From NCBI GenBank assembly GCA_946628065.1, contig CAMOWC010000003.1, forward strand, positions 35,670 to 99,669: 64,000 bases of DNA, read 5' to 3'. Both the position numbers and the translations under genes were made by a program. A model generated the notes under the pieces. It made no database searches. It saw nothing but the letters and a program-made list of their open reading frames with translations, and had not been told where the DNA came from. This stretch comes from an uncultured Clostridiaceae bacterium. Lineage in GTDB: Bacteria; Bacillota; Clostridia; TANB77; CAG-508. Below are positions 10,641 to 20,461 of the stretch, in pieces (position 1 is the first letter of the stretch; the number at the start of each line of letters is the position of its first letter).

Positions 10641-10645
10641 AAAAA

Positions 10646-10675
10646 CAAGGACTCCCTAGCGGTAGGGAGTCCTTT
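10646..10675. terminator. Rho-independent terminator
   Basis: AAGGACTCCCTA-gcgg-TAGGGAGTCCTT followed by TTT. Confidence 0.8.
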
Positions 10676-10684
10676 TGCTCGACA

Positions 10685-10933
10685 TCAATACGGAGGGTTA
10701 AGAGAGAACCACAACAGCCTTGTAGCAGTTGAATTCTCTTTTGTGGGATGCTCCCATGAAATGAGACACTTCCACTCCTTACAGAAGAGCTTTTTTACCT
10801 GTTCCAATTTCGTTACAACGAAGCCACTCTTTTCAAGCTCTTCAATTTGCTTCTCATTCAGACGAAAATTGGAGCTGGTTTTCCCTTCTTCTGCAATGAC
10901 AAGCAACACATCGATGACACTGTACTCCCGCAT
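10685..10933 (-). CDS. Orphan 82-aa protein on a G+C-richer islet; CGG is its second codon
   Basis: AGGAGG RBS 8 nt upstream of ATG 10933 (MREYSVIDVLLVIAEEGK...). An extended -10 promoter TGgTATAAT lies near 11000. Composition differs visibly from the flanks. Confidence 0.5.
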   Translation of the reverse strand: MREYSVIDVLLVIAEEGKTSSNFRLNEKQIEELEKSGFVVTKLEQVKKLFCKEWKCLISWEHPTKENSTATRLLWFSLNPPY

Positions 10934-11111
10934 GGAAACTACCTCCTGTGTGATATTCTGCAGATACAAAGGCATTGCCTAAAATACCTGTATATATAAT
11001 TATACCACTCCAAAGCTTCGAAGTAAAGTTAAACGTTATTATACAAATATTCATAATACAACCCTTCAGTGAATACTATTAAACAAAAGTATTTGCATGG
11101 GGGTTTTCTTT

Positions 11112-11376
11112 ATGAAGTGTGTATCAATAGAAGAGCGTGCTATAAATTTAGCACATTACATTATAGAAACAAAAGATACAGTAAGAGGAGCTGCAAAGAA
11201 ATTTGGTGTTAGCAAATCAACAGTACACAAAGATGTAAGCGAAAGACTAAAACATATAAATAAGGCTTTAGCAGCAGAAGTAAGAACAATTCTTGACGAA
11301 AACAAGGCAGAAAGGCATATTAGAGGCCGGTATGGCGACTAAACTAAAATATGAAGACAGACACAAAGCTGGGTAG
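11112..11376 (+). CDS. spoIIID: Stage III sporulation regulator SpoIIID, frame interrupted at in-frame CGG 11328-11330
   Basis: KKFGVSKSTVHKDVSERL is the helix-turn-helix. The 0 frame gives HIRGRYGD*, while skipping C11328 gives HIRGGMATKLKYEDRHKAG*, matching the SpoIIID C-terminal pattern HLRGGEATKLKY. Confidence 0.85.
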
Positions 11377-11580
11377 TCAAAGAAAAATAGGAGATTATTA
11401 GTAGCAAAAGGAAATAATAATTTGGAAAACTGGATAAAATTTTAAAGTTTTACTTTTTTGAGGTAATTGGGGCCCATCCTATCGTTTCCTATCCGACTAA
11501 AACTTAGCTATTTTGACTTGAAAAAAAATAAATATAATGTATAATTAAAGCTTAAGATAAATTAATAAGAGGAACAAAAA

Positions 11581-12690
11581 ATGAAAAATAAAATGAGACT
11601 ATTAATTTTTATTATTTTCTTTTTTTCTTTTTGCTTTTTTGAAGAGACATCAAATGCAGAAATAATAAAATTACGACCATGGGAGTATTATAAGTTTAAT
11701 ATTATAGCATATTCCCAATTATATGGTGAGGAAGCACCGATAAATTCAGCAGAACATTTTGAGTATTGTGCACAAATGGATTGCTTTACATCGATAAAAG
11801 CAGACGTTAGGATTACAAAAGATGATGGACTTATATTATGCCACGATAAAGGTTTTACATTAAATAAAGAAGGAAAAATAACAGGATATAATCAACATAA
11901 GCAAGTTCTAATCACGAACCTAACAACTGAGCAATGCCTTTCATTAGAGTATGAAAATTATTATAATGACAATTCGTATAAAGTCACAGACTTTGAAACT
12001 TATATTCGTATATGCAAAAAATATAACAAAATACCATTTATTACAGTAAGAGACGAAAAAATAAATATTATTGTTTCAAAAATGATACCTATTTTAGAAA
12101 AGTACGACTTAGTAGAAAAATGTATTATTAATAGTTTTACAAAAGAAACTCTTGAGCAATTTCGCAAGGCAAATAAAAATATAATGCTATCAAATGTATT
12201 AGACCCAAAAGCTACGCTTACAAAAGAGGACATAGATTGGGCAATCAAAATGGGAAACTGCTTGATAAACTTATATGACTTTCCACCAGTAGAATTAAGC
12301 AAAACAGAAAAAAACAATGAATTTATACAATATGCTAGAATGAATGACGTAATGATATATGAAGCAATTTCGGATGAAGATAATGTGGAAGAATTGTATA
12401 ATCTGGGGATTCAAGGAGGACAATATTGTGTTATACCAACAAAAATTACGGAACAAGATAGTGCTATACCAGTGGATTTTAATGATGATGGTAAAATTAC
12501 AGCATTGGACTTGGTTACATTAAAAAAGGTGTTAAATGGCAAAGAGAGACCTCCAGTCAAATATTTAGTTCCTTTAGATGTAAACAGAGATGGACTAATT
12601 ACTGCTCAAGATTTGCTTTTAACGAAAAAAATATTAAACAAAGAAGAAAAACTTTGGCAAATTAATTCTTATTTATTAAAAGTGCTCTAG
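11581..12690 (+). CDS. Secreted glycerophosphodiester phosphodiesterase-like protein with a C-terminal type I dockerin
   Basis: Signal peptide; GDPD-like IKADVRITKDDGLILCHD; two dockerin calcium loops DFNDDGKITALDLVTLKKVL and DVNRDGLITAQDLLLTKKIL. Confidence 0.75.
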   Translation: MKNKMRLLIFIIFFFSFCFFEETSNAEIIKLRPWEYYKFNIIAYSQLYGEEAPINSAEHFEYCAQMDCFTSIKADVRITKDDGLILCHDKGFTLNKEGKITGYNQHKQVLITNLTTEQCLSLEYENYYNDNSYKVTDFETYIRICKKYNKIPFITVRDEKINIIVSKMIPILEKYDLVEKCIINSFTKETLEQFRKANKNIMLSNVLDPKATLTKEDIDWAIKMGNCLINLYDFPPVELSKTEKNNEFIQYARMNDVMIYEAISDEDNVEELYNLGIQGGQYCVIPTKITEQDSAIPVDFNDDGKITALDLVTLKKVLNGKERPPVKYLVPLDVNRDGLITAQDLLLTKKILNKEEKLWQINSYLLKVL

Positions 12691-12734
12691 AAATTTTATA
12701 CGTGTAAAAAAAAAAGCGGTAAACACCGCTTTTT

Positions 12735-12893
12735 TTATTGTTGATTTCTTCTTGCTTCTTTTCTTGCTTTTCTACAAGCTGGGCATCTTACTGGATCGTT
12801 TTCAAATCCTTTTTCAGCATAAAATGCTTGTTCACCCTCTGTAAAAACAAATTCATTTCCGCAATCTTTGCATACTAATGTTTTATCAGCCAT
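12735..12893 (-). CDS. 52-aa zinc-ribbon protein (CxxC...CxxC)
   Basis: MADKTLVCKDCGNEFVFTEGEQAFYAEKGFENDPVRCPACRKARKEARRNQQ. Too short to appear in the ORF track. AGGAGG RBS and a shared bidirectional terminator at 12709-12735. Confidence 0.75.
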   Translation of the reverse strand: MADKTLVCKDCGNEFVFTEGEQAFYAEKGFENDPVRCPACRKARKEARRNQQ

Positions 12894-13122
12894 TATGGGA
12901 TCCTCCTTTTTAGAATATAAATTTAATTTTGACCTAAATGACCATTCTAAAAAAAAGGAATAAGTTTTCAGGTTAATTAAATTTGACTTATTTCTAAATC
13001 ACAAATAATATATCACGAAATTTAATAATATACAACCCCTAAAATAAAAAAATAATTCACAAAAAGACATTTTTCTACATAACATATATTATCTTGTAGA
13101 ACACAGACGAGGTGAAATTAAT

Positions 13123-13707
13123 GTGGACGAAAAAAGATTTAAAATAGAAAGGACTGGGAAGATCTTACACCTGGACGGGGACAGGAAATATGCTGAAAAA
13201 TCAAAACAATATTACAAAAAAATGGGATTAAATGCAATAGTAGAAAATATACCTGAAGATAGACAATCTGAAGTAATAAGAAGACTGCTTGACCAATATA
13301 ATCCAGATATTCTTGTAATAACAGGCCATGATAAGATGATAAAAAAAGGACGAAAATATTATGACATATATAATTACCAAAACTCAAGACATTTCATCAA
13401 AACTGTATTAACAGCAAGAAAATGGGAAAAAGAGAAAGGAAAGGACATAACAATTTTTGCAGGCGCGTGCCAAAGCTTTTATGAGGCAATTATAAAATCA
13501 GGTGCTGATTTTGCTTCTTCGCCAGGCAGAATTCTAATAGATTTTGAAGATCCATTAATAATAGCAGAAAAAGTAGCAACAACAGAGGAGTACAAATATA
13601 TTTCTATAGATGAAATTTCGAAACATCTTAAAGATGGAAAAAAAGGTGTTGGAGGTATACGGAAGCAAAGGAAAGAAAGAAGTAATAATCTTGTAACAAA
13701 ACTGTAA
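13123..13707 (+). CDS. yabG: Sporulation-specific protease YabG-like; short form; in-frame CGG at 13660 near the C-terminus
   Basis: ILHLDGD...QYNPDILVITGHD...IFAGACQSF are peptidase U57 motifs. GTG start. The alternative C-terminus after the CGG would end at 13696. Confidence 0.65.
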   Translation: MDEKRFKIERTGKILHLDGDRKYAEKSKQYYKKMGLNAIVENIPEDRQSEVIRRLLDQYNPDILVITGHDKMIKKGRKYYDIYNYQNSRHFIKTVLTARKWEKEKGKDITIFAGACQSFYEAIIKSGADFASSPGRILIDFEDPLIIAEKVATTEEYKYISIDEISKHLKDGKKGVGGIRKQRKERSNNLVTKL

Positions 13708-13789
13708 TATAAATGTAATATCACAACAAAAAACGCACAAAACCCTTGATACAAGCGGAAGAAAGCGACATGACAAGGATTTTATTTTT

Positions 13790-13818
13790 TTGACATGAAC
13801 CACCAAAAATGATATAAT
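13790..13818 (+). promoter_or_regulatory. Consensus sigma-A promoter of veg
   Basis: TTGACA (13790-13795), 17-nt spacer, TATAAT (13813-13818). Confidence 0.75.
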
Positions 13819-13852
13819 TCGACCATAGTATAAAAAAGAAGTAGGTGGTTTC

Positions 13853-14152
13853 ATGATTTACAAAAATGACATTATGAACCTAAAAACTGACATTGGAGAA
13901 AAAATTGGACAAAAGATAATTGTAAAAGGAACTCTAGGGAGAAGTAAAACCTATGAGGAAGAAGCTACTATAGAAAAAGCATATCCAAACATTTTTGTTG
14001 TAAGATATGAAGAAAATCAAAGAAATGTAACATACACGTATACAGATGTATTAACAAGAAATGTTGAAGTACAAGTATATGATGGAGTAGGGTATAGCCC
14101 ACTTATCCCACCAATTGATGAAACAAAATTAAGAAAAAAAAGAGCTGTGTAA
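13853..14152 (+). CDS. veg: Veg protein
   Basis: LKTDIGEKIGQKIIVKGTLGRSKTYEEEATIEKAYPNIFVVRYE matches the Veg family pattern. A terminator lies at about 14166-14195. Confidence 0.85.
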   Translation: MIYKNDIMNLKTDIGEKIGQKIIVKGTLGRSKTYEEEATIEKAYPNIFVVRYEENQRNVTYTYTDVLTRNVEVQVYDGVGYSPLIPPIDETKLRKKRAV

Positions 14153-14244
14153 AATAATATGCTGAAAATTCCTAAGAAATTAGGAATTTTTTTTGTCCTT
14201 TTTAATATAAATGTATTAGCAAAAATATTAAGGAGGGATTTAAA

Positions 14245-15789
14245 ATGACGATAGATACTACAAAGGAAAGCACATGCATTAATCAATTAGTTGACAAGAA
14301 AAACGAGACAAGAGTAATAGAAGGAGATATAATAGTTCCAGATATAAAGCCTGATATATTAAGCCCATTAGAGGCTACTGGGAATATATGCATTTATAAA
14401 AAGGAAATACTTGATGGAAAAGTTAAAATTGATGGAAGCATTCAAGCATATGTTATTTATTTGCCTGATGATGAAACAGGAGGTGTAAGGAGTTTAAACA
14501 CGAGCCTAGATTTTACTGAAACAATAAATATACCTAATTGCAATGCAGGAATGAACGCATTAATAAAGACAGAGATAATTTCATTAGATGCAAAAGTTCT
14601 AAATGGAAGAAAAGTGAACATAAGAGCAACAGTAAATTTTTGCGCGAAAGTATACTGCAACCAAAACGTTGAAATAACAAGCGAAATAAATGGAATAAAT
14701 AACATACAAAAATTAGAAAACGATATAGAAGTTAATTCACTAATTGGAGAAGGGTGCACAAAAACATATGCAAAAGAGAACATTCCAATAGATTTAGAAG
14801 ATAATTTAGCAGAAATATTAAATGCGAACATTACAATCACAAACAAAGACACTAAAGTAAGCTACAACAAAGTTTTGGCAAAAGCAGATGCTATGATTAA
14901 TATTCTTTATTTATCAGAAGACAATAGAATTAGCACATGCAACAGAAACATTCCTGTTATGGGATTTATTGATATAAAGGATGTGAATGAAGACCACATA
15001 TGTGATACAAACTATGAAATTAAAAATTTAATATTAAAACCAAATGGTGCAGATGAACATTCAGTGTATGCTGAAGCAGAAATTGAAATATGCTGCTATG
15101 TCTTTGAAAAAAAGAAACTAACTTTAATTGAGGACTTATACAGTCCAACACAAAATGTTAATTTTTCTAAGAAACTAATAAATATAGCAGATAATATTAT
15201 TTCAAGTAATGACACATGCAGTATAAAGGAAAGGATTGAAGTTCCTGATTTGGCAGGGGGAAAAATACATAACATAGAAATAAATCCTATAATTAACTTG
15301 CAAAGTGTTACAGGAGAAAATGTTTCTTATGAAGGAGAAATAAAAGCTAATATTTTATTTTGGAATGAGGTTGAAAACAGAATGAGCAGTAAAACACTGA
15401 TACTGCCTATAAAATTTAAAACCAAACTACAGGGATTAAACAGCAATAGTGATATCGAAACCGAAATAAGTGTTAAGAAACAAGACTTTTCGCTAATGCC
15501 TGATGGCAGCCTTGATATAGAAGTAGATATTGATTTTTTAGTAAACAGCACAAATTTTAGAAATGTTCCTGTAATAGATGAAATCACAGTTGATGAAGAT
15601 GAAAAAAATAAAAAATACAGTATGGTTATTTACTATGTAAAACCTGGTGATACTCTATGGAAAATAGCAAAAAAAATGGGGAGTACTGTAGATGAAATAA
15701 CGAAAATAAATGAAATATTAGATCCAAATAATTTACAAATAGGTGAGCAACTATTTATTCCTAAATTTTGTTCTAGGCAGTCTGCATAA
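14245..15789 (+). CDS. DUF3794-repeat / C-terminal LysM sporulation protein (SipL/SpoVID-like)
   Basis: C-terminal LysM YYVKPGDTLWKIAKKMGSTVDEITKINEILDPNNLQIGEQLFIP. The N-terminal region looks like the DUF3794-type repeat of clostridial SipL-like proteins (recalled family similarity, no search run). Confidence 0.65.
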   Translation: MTIDTTKESTCINQLVDKKNETRVIEGDIIVPDIKPDILSPLEATGNICIYKKEILDGKVKIDGSIQAYVIYLPDDETGGVRSLNTSLDFTETINIPNCNAGMNALIKTEIISLDAKVLNGRKVNIRATVNFCAKVYCNQNVEITSEINGINNIQKLENDIEVNSLIGEGCTKTYAKENIPIDLEDNLAEILNANITITNKDTKVSYNKVLAKADAMINILYLSEDNRISTCNRNIPVMGFIDIKDVNEDHICDTNYEIKNLILKPNGADEHSVYAEAEIEICCYVFEKKKLTLIEDLYSPTQNVNFSKKLINIADNIISSNDTCSIKERIEVPDLAGGKIHNIEINPIINLQSVTGENVSYEGEIKANILFWNEVENRMSSKTLILPIKFKTKLQGLNSNSDIETEISVKKQDFSLMPDGSLDIEVDIDFLVNSTNFRNVPVIDEITVDEDEKNKKYSMVIYYVKPGDTLWKIAKKMGSTVDEITKINEILDPNNLQIGEQLFIPKFCSRQSA

Positions 15790-15791
15790 GT

Positions 15792-16506
15792 ATGGATAAA
15801 ATATATTCTAGAATAAGAATAAAATTTCCTATTTACAAAAAAATTACCCTTAAAAAAGGAGAGGTAAAAGCAAAGAAGATTAAGAAATTAGTGTTAATAA
15901 TTTTTATAGGAATCTTGACATCATATTTTATAATTAAAACTATAAATCCAATGTTTAATTCAATATGCAAAGATAAGGCCAAGGCAATTGCAACAGAAAT
16001 AATTAACGTGGAATCTAACAAAGTTTTTAAAGATATTAACTACGATGACTTAGTTGGCATTGTAAAAGACAACAGTTCAAATATAAAGATGCTAAGAGTA
16101 AACACCATAAAAGTAAATTCAATTGCGTCTGATTTAGCATATAAAATACAACAGGAACTTTATAATGCGGAAAATTCCTGTATAAAAATCCCAATCCGGT
16201 TCAATTTTTGGTAACAGATATTTAGCAGGATTTGGACCAAAAGCAGAAATAAAGATATTACCTATAGGAAATGTAGAAACAGAATTTAAATCTGAGTTTA
16301 AAAGTGAAGGAATTAACCAAACAATACATAGGCTATATTTAGAAGTTGCGTGCAATGTGAATATCATTACGCCATATGATAGTATTGGAGAAACAATTAC
16401 AAATCAAGTTTTAATCTGCGAATCCGTAATAATAGGACAAATACCTGGAACATATTATGAATTTAATAATGATGATGGTAAACAGGCATTAGAAGTTATA
16501 GAATAA
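15792..16506 (+). CDS. yunB: Sporulation protein YunB, frame interrupted at in-frame CGG 16197-16199
   Basis: The 0 frame ends IKIPIRFNFW*. Skipping C16197 gives IKIPIGSIFGNRYLAGFGPKAEIKILPIGNVETEFKSEF...INQTIHRLYLEV, the conserved YunB core. Confidence 0.8.
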
Positions 16507-16556
16507 AAAACAACCCTCGAAAGCATTTTTTTCGAGGGTTGTTTTTTATATAAATA

Positions 16557-16964
16557 TTATCTCTTACTAAATTGTGGTGCTTTACGAGCTTTTTTAAGTC
16601 CGTATTTTTTTCTTTCCTTCATACGAGGATCTCTTGTTAAGAATCCAGCTTGTTTTAATGTTAGCCTATACTCTCCATTTGCTTTAAGTAAAGCTCTTGA
16701 TATACCATGGCGAATTGCTCCAGCTTGACCTGTAAAACCTCCACCAACGACTTTACAAATAACATCATATTTGCCTAACGTATTTGTAGCATTTAATGGT
16801 TGTCTAACGATAACTTTTAAAATATCTGTTCCAAAATATTCATCAATAGACATCCCATTAATTGTAATATCTCCTTTTCCATCAATTAGTCTTACTCTAG
16901 CGATGGCTTCTTTTCTTCTACCTGTTCCATAAAACATTATTTTTTCTTGTTTAGCCCTTGGCAT
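16557..16964 (-). CDS. rpsI: 30S ribosomal protein S9
   Basis: [15 protein letters not shown]...[19 protein letters not shown]...[18 protein letters not shown]. Confidence 0.97.
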   Translation of the reverse strand: MPRAKQEKIMFYGTGRRKEAIARVRLIDGKGDITINGMSIDEYFGTDILKVIVRQPLNATNTLGKYDVICKVVGGGFTGQAGAIRHGISRALLKANGEYRLTLKQAGFLTRDPRMKERKKYGLKKARKAPQFSKR

Positions 16965-16985
16965 TTAAATTCCCATCCCTTCTAT

Positions 16986-17420
16986 TTAAAAATTCCATAT
17001 TTCTGGTTTTTGAGCTTGGTTTTCGTGCTCGCTACCTGCATATACTCTTAATTTGCGAATCATTTGTCTGCCTAAACTGTTTTTTGGAAGCATTCCTTTT
17101 ACCGCTATATACATAGCTTTTTCAGGATTGCTTTCCATCATAACTCTTGCAGATGTTTCGTGCATTCCACCAATATATCCAGAATGTTGTCTATAAACTT
17201 TTTGATCTAATTTTCTTCCTGTAAGAACTGCTTCTTTGCAGTTAAGTATAATTACGTTATCACCAGTATCAATATTTGGTGTAAAGTCAGGTTTATGTTT
17301 TCCTCTTAATAATTTTGCAGCTTCTGTTGCAACTCTTCCTAGTGGTTTACCGCTAGCATCTAAAACATACCATTTTCTTTTAATTTCGCTTGATTTAGCG
17401 CTATAAGTAGTATTATTCAT
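16986..17420 (-). CDS. rplM: 50S ribosomal protein L13
   Basis: [35 protein letters not shown]. Start set at ATG 17420, downstream of a GGAGG. Confidence 0.95.
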   Translation of the reverse strand: MNNTTYSAKSSEIKRKWYVLDASGKPLGRVATEAAKLLRGKHKPDFTPNIDTGDNVIILNCKEAVLTGRKLDQKVYRQHSGYIGGMHETSARVMMESNPEKAMYIAVKGMLPKNSLGRQMIRKLRVYAGSEHENQAQKPEIWNF

Positions 17421-17710
17421 GGTAAAATTATCCTCCATTCATTCCTGTTTGATTTATAATTAATTTCCAAATTTAGCTTACTACCGGGGAGAAGTAAGCC
17501 GAAATGAAAATTTAATCCATCAATTGCTCTACTATTCTAATACAAAAATAAAAAAAAGTCAATGTTTTTTGAAAAAACTCTTGACTTTTTAGTAAATTTG
17601 AGTTAATATAATTTATGTTTAAAAGAAGAGGCTAGTTACTTCTCACCTTTACTATTAAAGGAAAAGGTTAAAAATCAAATTGGTTTATACTTTGGTTTTT
17701 ATTTAGAGTA

Positions 17711-17746
17711 ACAGGCTTTCTTTTAAAGGAAGTCTTATTTTTTTGA
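17711..17746 (+). promoter_or_regulatory. Putative attenuator hairpin with U-tract in the infC leader (L20-leader-like position)
   Basis: AGGCTTTC-ttttaaa-GGAAGTCT (with G-U pairs) followed by ATTTTTTT. It lies between a TTGACT-17-TAATAT promoter (17581-17609) and infC. Confidence 0.4.
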
Positions 17747-17755
17747 AAATTAATC

Positions 17756-18280
17756 TTGGAGGTGTTTTTTATAAAACAAGAATTACCAATAAATGAACAA
17801 ATAAGAGAAAGAGAAGTTCAGGTTATTGATGAACAAGGACAAAAACTTGGAGTTATGAAAACTTTTGATGCCATTGAAAAAGCTGCTGAAAAAGATTTAG
17901 ATTTAGTTCTTGTTGCACCAAATTCTAACCCACCAGTTTGTAAAATTATGAATTATGGAAAATACAAATTTGAACAAGCTAAAAAGGAAAAAGAAGCCAG
18001 AAAAAACCAGAAAACAGTTGAGACAAAAGAAATAAGAATAACTCCAAACATAGAAGAACACGATTTTGGATTCAAATGCAAAAATGCTAGAAAATTTTTA
18101 GAAGATGGCAACAAAGTAAGAATTACTGTTCGCTTCCGTGGAAGAGAATTAAACTATGTTAAAGCTGGAGAAGATACACTTAACAAATTTATTGAAGAAT
18201 TATCTGATATTTCTCAAGCAGAAAAGAAACCAGTCCTTGAAGGCAAGAACCTATTTATTATACTTGCCAAAAAGGCTTAA
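17756..18280 (+). CDS. infC: Translation initiation factor IF-3; likely non-AUG start (ATA 17771, or TTG 17756)
   Basis: INEQIREREVQVIDEQGQKLGVM...RFRGRE. GGAGGTG lies 6 nt upstream of ATA 17771. Confidence 0.93.
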   Translation: MEVFFIKQELPINEQIREREVQVIDEQGQKLGVMKTFDAIEKAAEKDLDLVLVAPNSNPPVCKIMNYGKYKFEQAKKEKEARKNQKTVETKEIRITPNIEEHDFGFKCKNARKFLEDGNKVRITVRFRGRELNYVKAGEDTLNKFIEELSDISQAEKKPVLEGKNLFIILAKKA

Positions 18281-18333
18281 AAAAGTTTTATATTTTATTA
18301 TATAAACACAAAAATGAAAGGAGCAAAAAAATT

Positions 18334-18537
18334 ATGCCTAAATTAAAAACAAACAAAGCTGCAAAAAAGAGATATTCTTATACAGCTACAGGTAGAGTAA
18401 AAAGAACAAAAGCAAACAGAAGACACTTGCTTGGAAATAAAACAAGCAGACAAAAATCAAGAGGAAAGATTCAAGATGCATATGCAGACAAAACATGCGA
18501 AGCAGGAATCAAAAGACTATTACCATATGGTAACTAG
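18334..18537 (+). CDS. rpmI: 50S ribosomal protein L35
   Basis: MPKLKTNKAAKKRYSYTATGRVKR. Confidence 0.95.
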   Translation: MPKLKTNKAAKKRYSYTATGRVKRTKANRRHLLGNKTSRQKSRGKIQDAYADKTCEAGIKRLLPYGN

Positions 18538-18564
18538 AGATAGAAGTAAGGAGAGTGAAATATA

Positions 18565-18915
18565 ATGGCAAGAGTAAAAACAGCAAGAACTACTAGAGCA
18601 AGACACAAAAAGGTATTAAAACAAGCAAAAGGATATTTTGGAGCAAAAAGCATTAGATACAGAATGGCAAAGCAAGCCGTTATGAAATCTGGAATGTATG
18701 CATATGTTGGAAGAAAAGACAAAAAGTCTAATTTCAGAAAACTATGGATTACAAGAATAAATGCTGCTGCAAGAATGAATGGAACAACATATAGTAAATT
18801 AATGGCAGGACTTAAAAAAGCAAACGTAACAATAAATAGAAAAATGCTATCAGAAGTTGCAACAAATGATCCAAAGGCTTTCAGCGAATTAGTTGAAGTT
18901 GCAAAAAAAGCATAA
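18565..18915 (+). CDS. rplT: 50S ribosomal protein L20
   Basis: [29 protein letters not shown]...[13 protein letters not shown]. Terminator hairpin at about 18931-18968. Confidence 0.97.
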   Translation: MARVKTARTTRARHKKVLKQAKGYFGAKSIRYRMAKQAVMKSGMYAYVGRKDKKSNFRKLWITRINAAARMNGTTYSKLMAGLKKANVTINRKMLSEVATNDPKAFSELVEVAKKA

Positions 18916-18986
18916 TATAAAAATAATATAAAAAAAGACATGAAAAATATATTTCATGTCTTTTTTTACCCCAATAAAATAAAGAA

Positions 18987-19376
18987 CTACTGCTTTTTTA
19001 TTTTGGGCTTTGATATAAGAGCTGCTATATATCCAAAGAAGATTGCTGCGGCAATTCCTCCTGCTGAAGCTGTTATTCCTCCGGTGAAAGCACCAAGGAT
19101 TCCTTTTTCGTGAACTGCATTTATAGCTCCTTTAGCTAGAGCATTTCCAAAACCAGTAAGAGGAACTGTAGCCCCCGCACCAGCGAAATCAACTAAATAT
19201 TGGTAAATCCCAATTCCACCTAAAAAAGCACCAAAAGTTACATAGGCAACTAAAATTCTAGCAGGAGTAAGTTTGGTTTTGTCTATAAGTATTTGACCAA
19301 TTACACATATTACACCTCCAACTAAAAAACTCTTAATAACTAATATCCAATCTACATTTTGGAAAAACTCTAGCAT
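18987..19376 (-). CDS. spoVAE: Stage V sporulation protein AE
   Basis: Membrane protein with FAGAGATVPLTGFGNALAKG, following spoVAD. GGAGG RBS. Confidence 0.85.
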   Translation of the reverse strand: MLEFFQNVDWILVIKSFLVGGVICVIGQILIDKTKLTPARILVAYVTFGAFLGGIGIYQYLVDFAGAGATVPLTGFGNALAKGAINAVHEKGILGAFTGGITASAGGIAAAIFFGYIAALISKPKIKKQ

Positions 19377-19396
19377 TTTTTTACCTCCGTATTTAC

Positions 19397-20402
19397 TTAC
19401 ATTTCTATGCTGATAGCATGTGCAATACTTGGAATGGATTCACCCTGTTGAGCACTAGTGGCATTTGTTAAAGCGCCTGTTGCAATAAGTAATATCCTTT
19501 TTAGTTTCCTTTTATTTAATTGGTTAAATAAATATCCAGAAAATACAGTTGCACAACAGGCACAACCACTACCACCAGAATGAGTATCCTGACTTGATTT
19601 GTCAAAAATCATTACTCCGCAATCATTGTAATTGCTATTAATGTTATAGCCTTTTTTTAGCGCAAGCTCTGATAATATATCTTTTCCAATATATCCGAGG
19701 TCGCCAGTAAATATTCCATCATAGTAACTAGGAGACCTTCCGAGTATCAGAAAAATGGGCTATTAAAGTATTTAAAGCTGCAGGAGCCATTGCTGCTCCC
19801 ATATTGTTCATATCTTTTATTCCCATATCTACAATCTTGCCAGGAGTAAAGGCTGTTAAAAATGGACCTTGCCCATTTTTAGATATTAATGCACTACCGG
19901 CACCAGTTACTGTCCATTGAGAGGTTTGTGGCCTTTGGTTGCCAAGTTCCAAAGGAAAACGAAACTGCTTTTCAGCACTGCAAAAGTGGCTAGATGTGGC
20001 GCATAAAGCATAATTGGCTATAGGAGACTCGCAAAACAAGGCAGCAAGTCCCATGCCTTCAACAAACGTTGAACATGCGCCAAATATACCAAAATATGGA
20101 ACATTTAAATCACGCAGTCCAAATCCGGATGAGATACACTGATTCAATAAATCACCCGAAAAACAGAAATCAATTTCGCTTTGAGAAATTTTGGACTTTG
20201 AAATTGCTTTATTCACAGTTTCTTTAATTATTTTGCTTTCTGCTTTTTCCCATGTGCTTTCACCCCAGAATTCGTCATCCAGGAGCTGGTCAAAGTATTT
20301 GGCTAGTGGACCACCAGCCTCTTTAGGACCGCCAATACATGCAGTTTGTAAAACAGTTGGAGGATTATCAAACAAAATAGTTTGATTTCCAATTTTTTTC
20401 AT
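19397..20402 (-). CDS. spoVAD: Stage V sporulation protein AD, frame interrupted at in-frame CGG (complement of 19740-19742)
   Basis: The 0 frame gives AHFSDTRKVS*. Skipping the C gives AHFSDTGRSPSYYDGIFTGDLGYIGKDILSELALKKGYNINSNYNDCGVMIFDKSSQDTHSGGSGCACCATV, continuous with the downstream ORF and with the thiolase-like SpoVAD fold. Confidence 0.85.
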
Positions 20403-20461
20403 AATTTGAAATCCTTCCTTAGTCAAATTTAAATTTATTCATAAACATGAAGATAAAAAAG

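Noticed and set aside
17470-17500. A hairpin GCTTACT-accggggaga-AGTAAGC in the rplM 5' region, as a possible L13 leader.
   Set aside because: A single short hairpin is insufficient to call the L13 leader by eye. A covariance-model check would be needed, so it is not listed as a feature.
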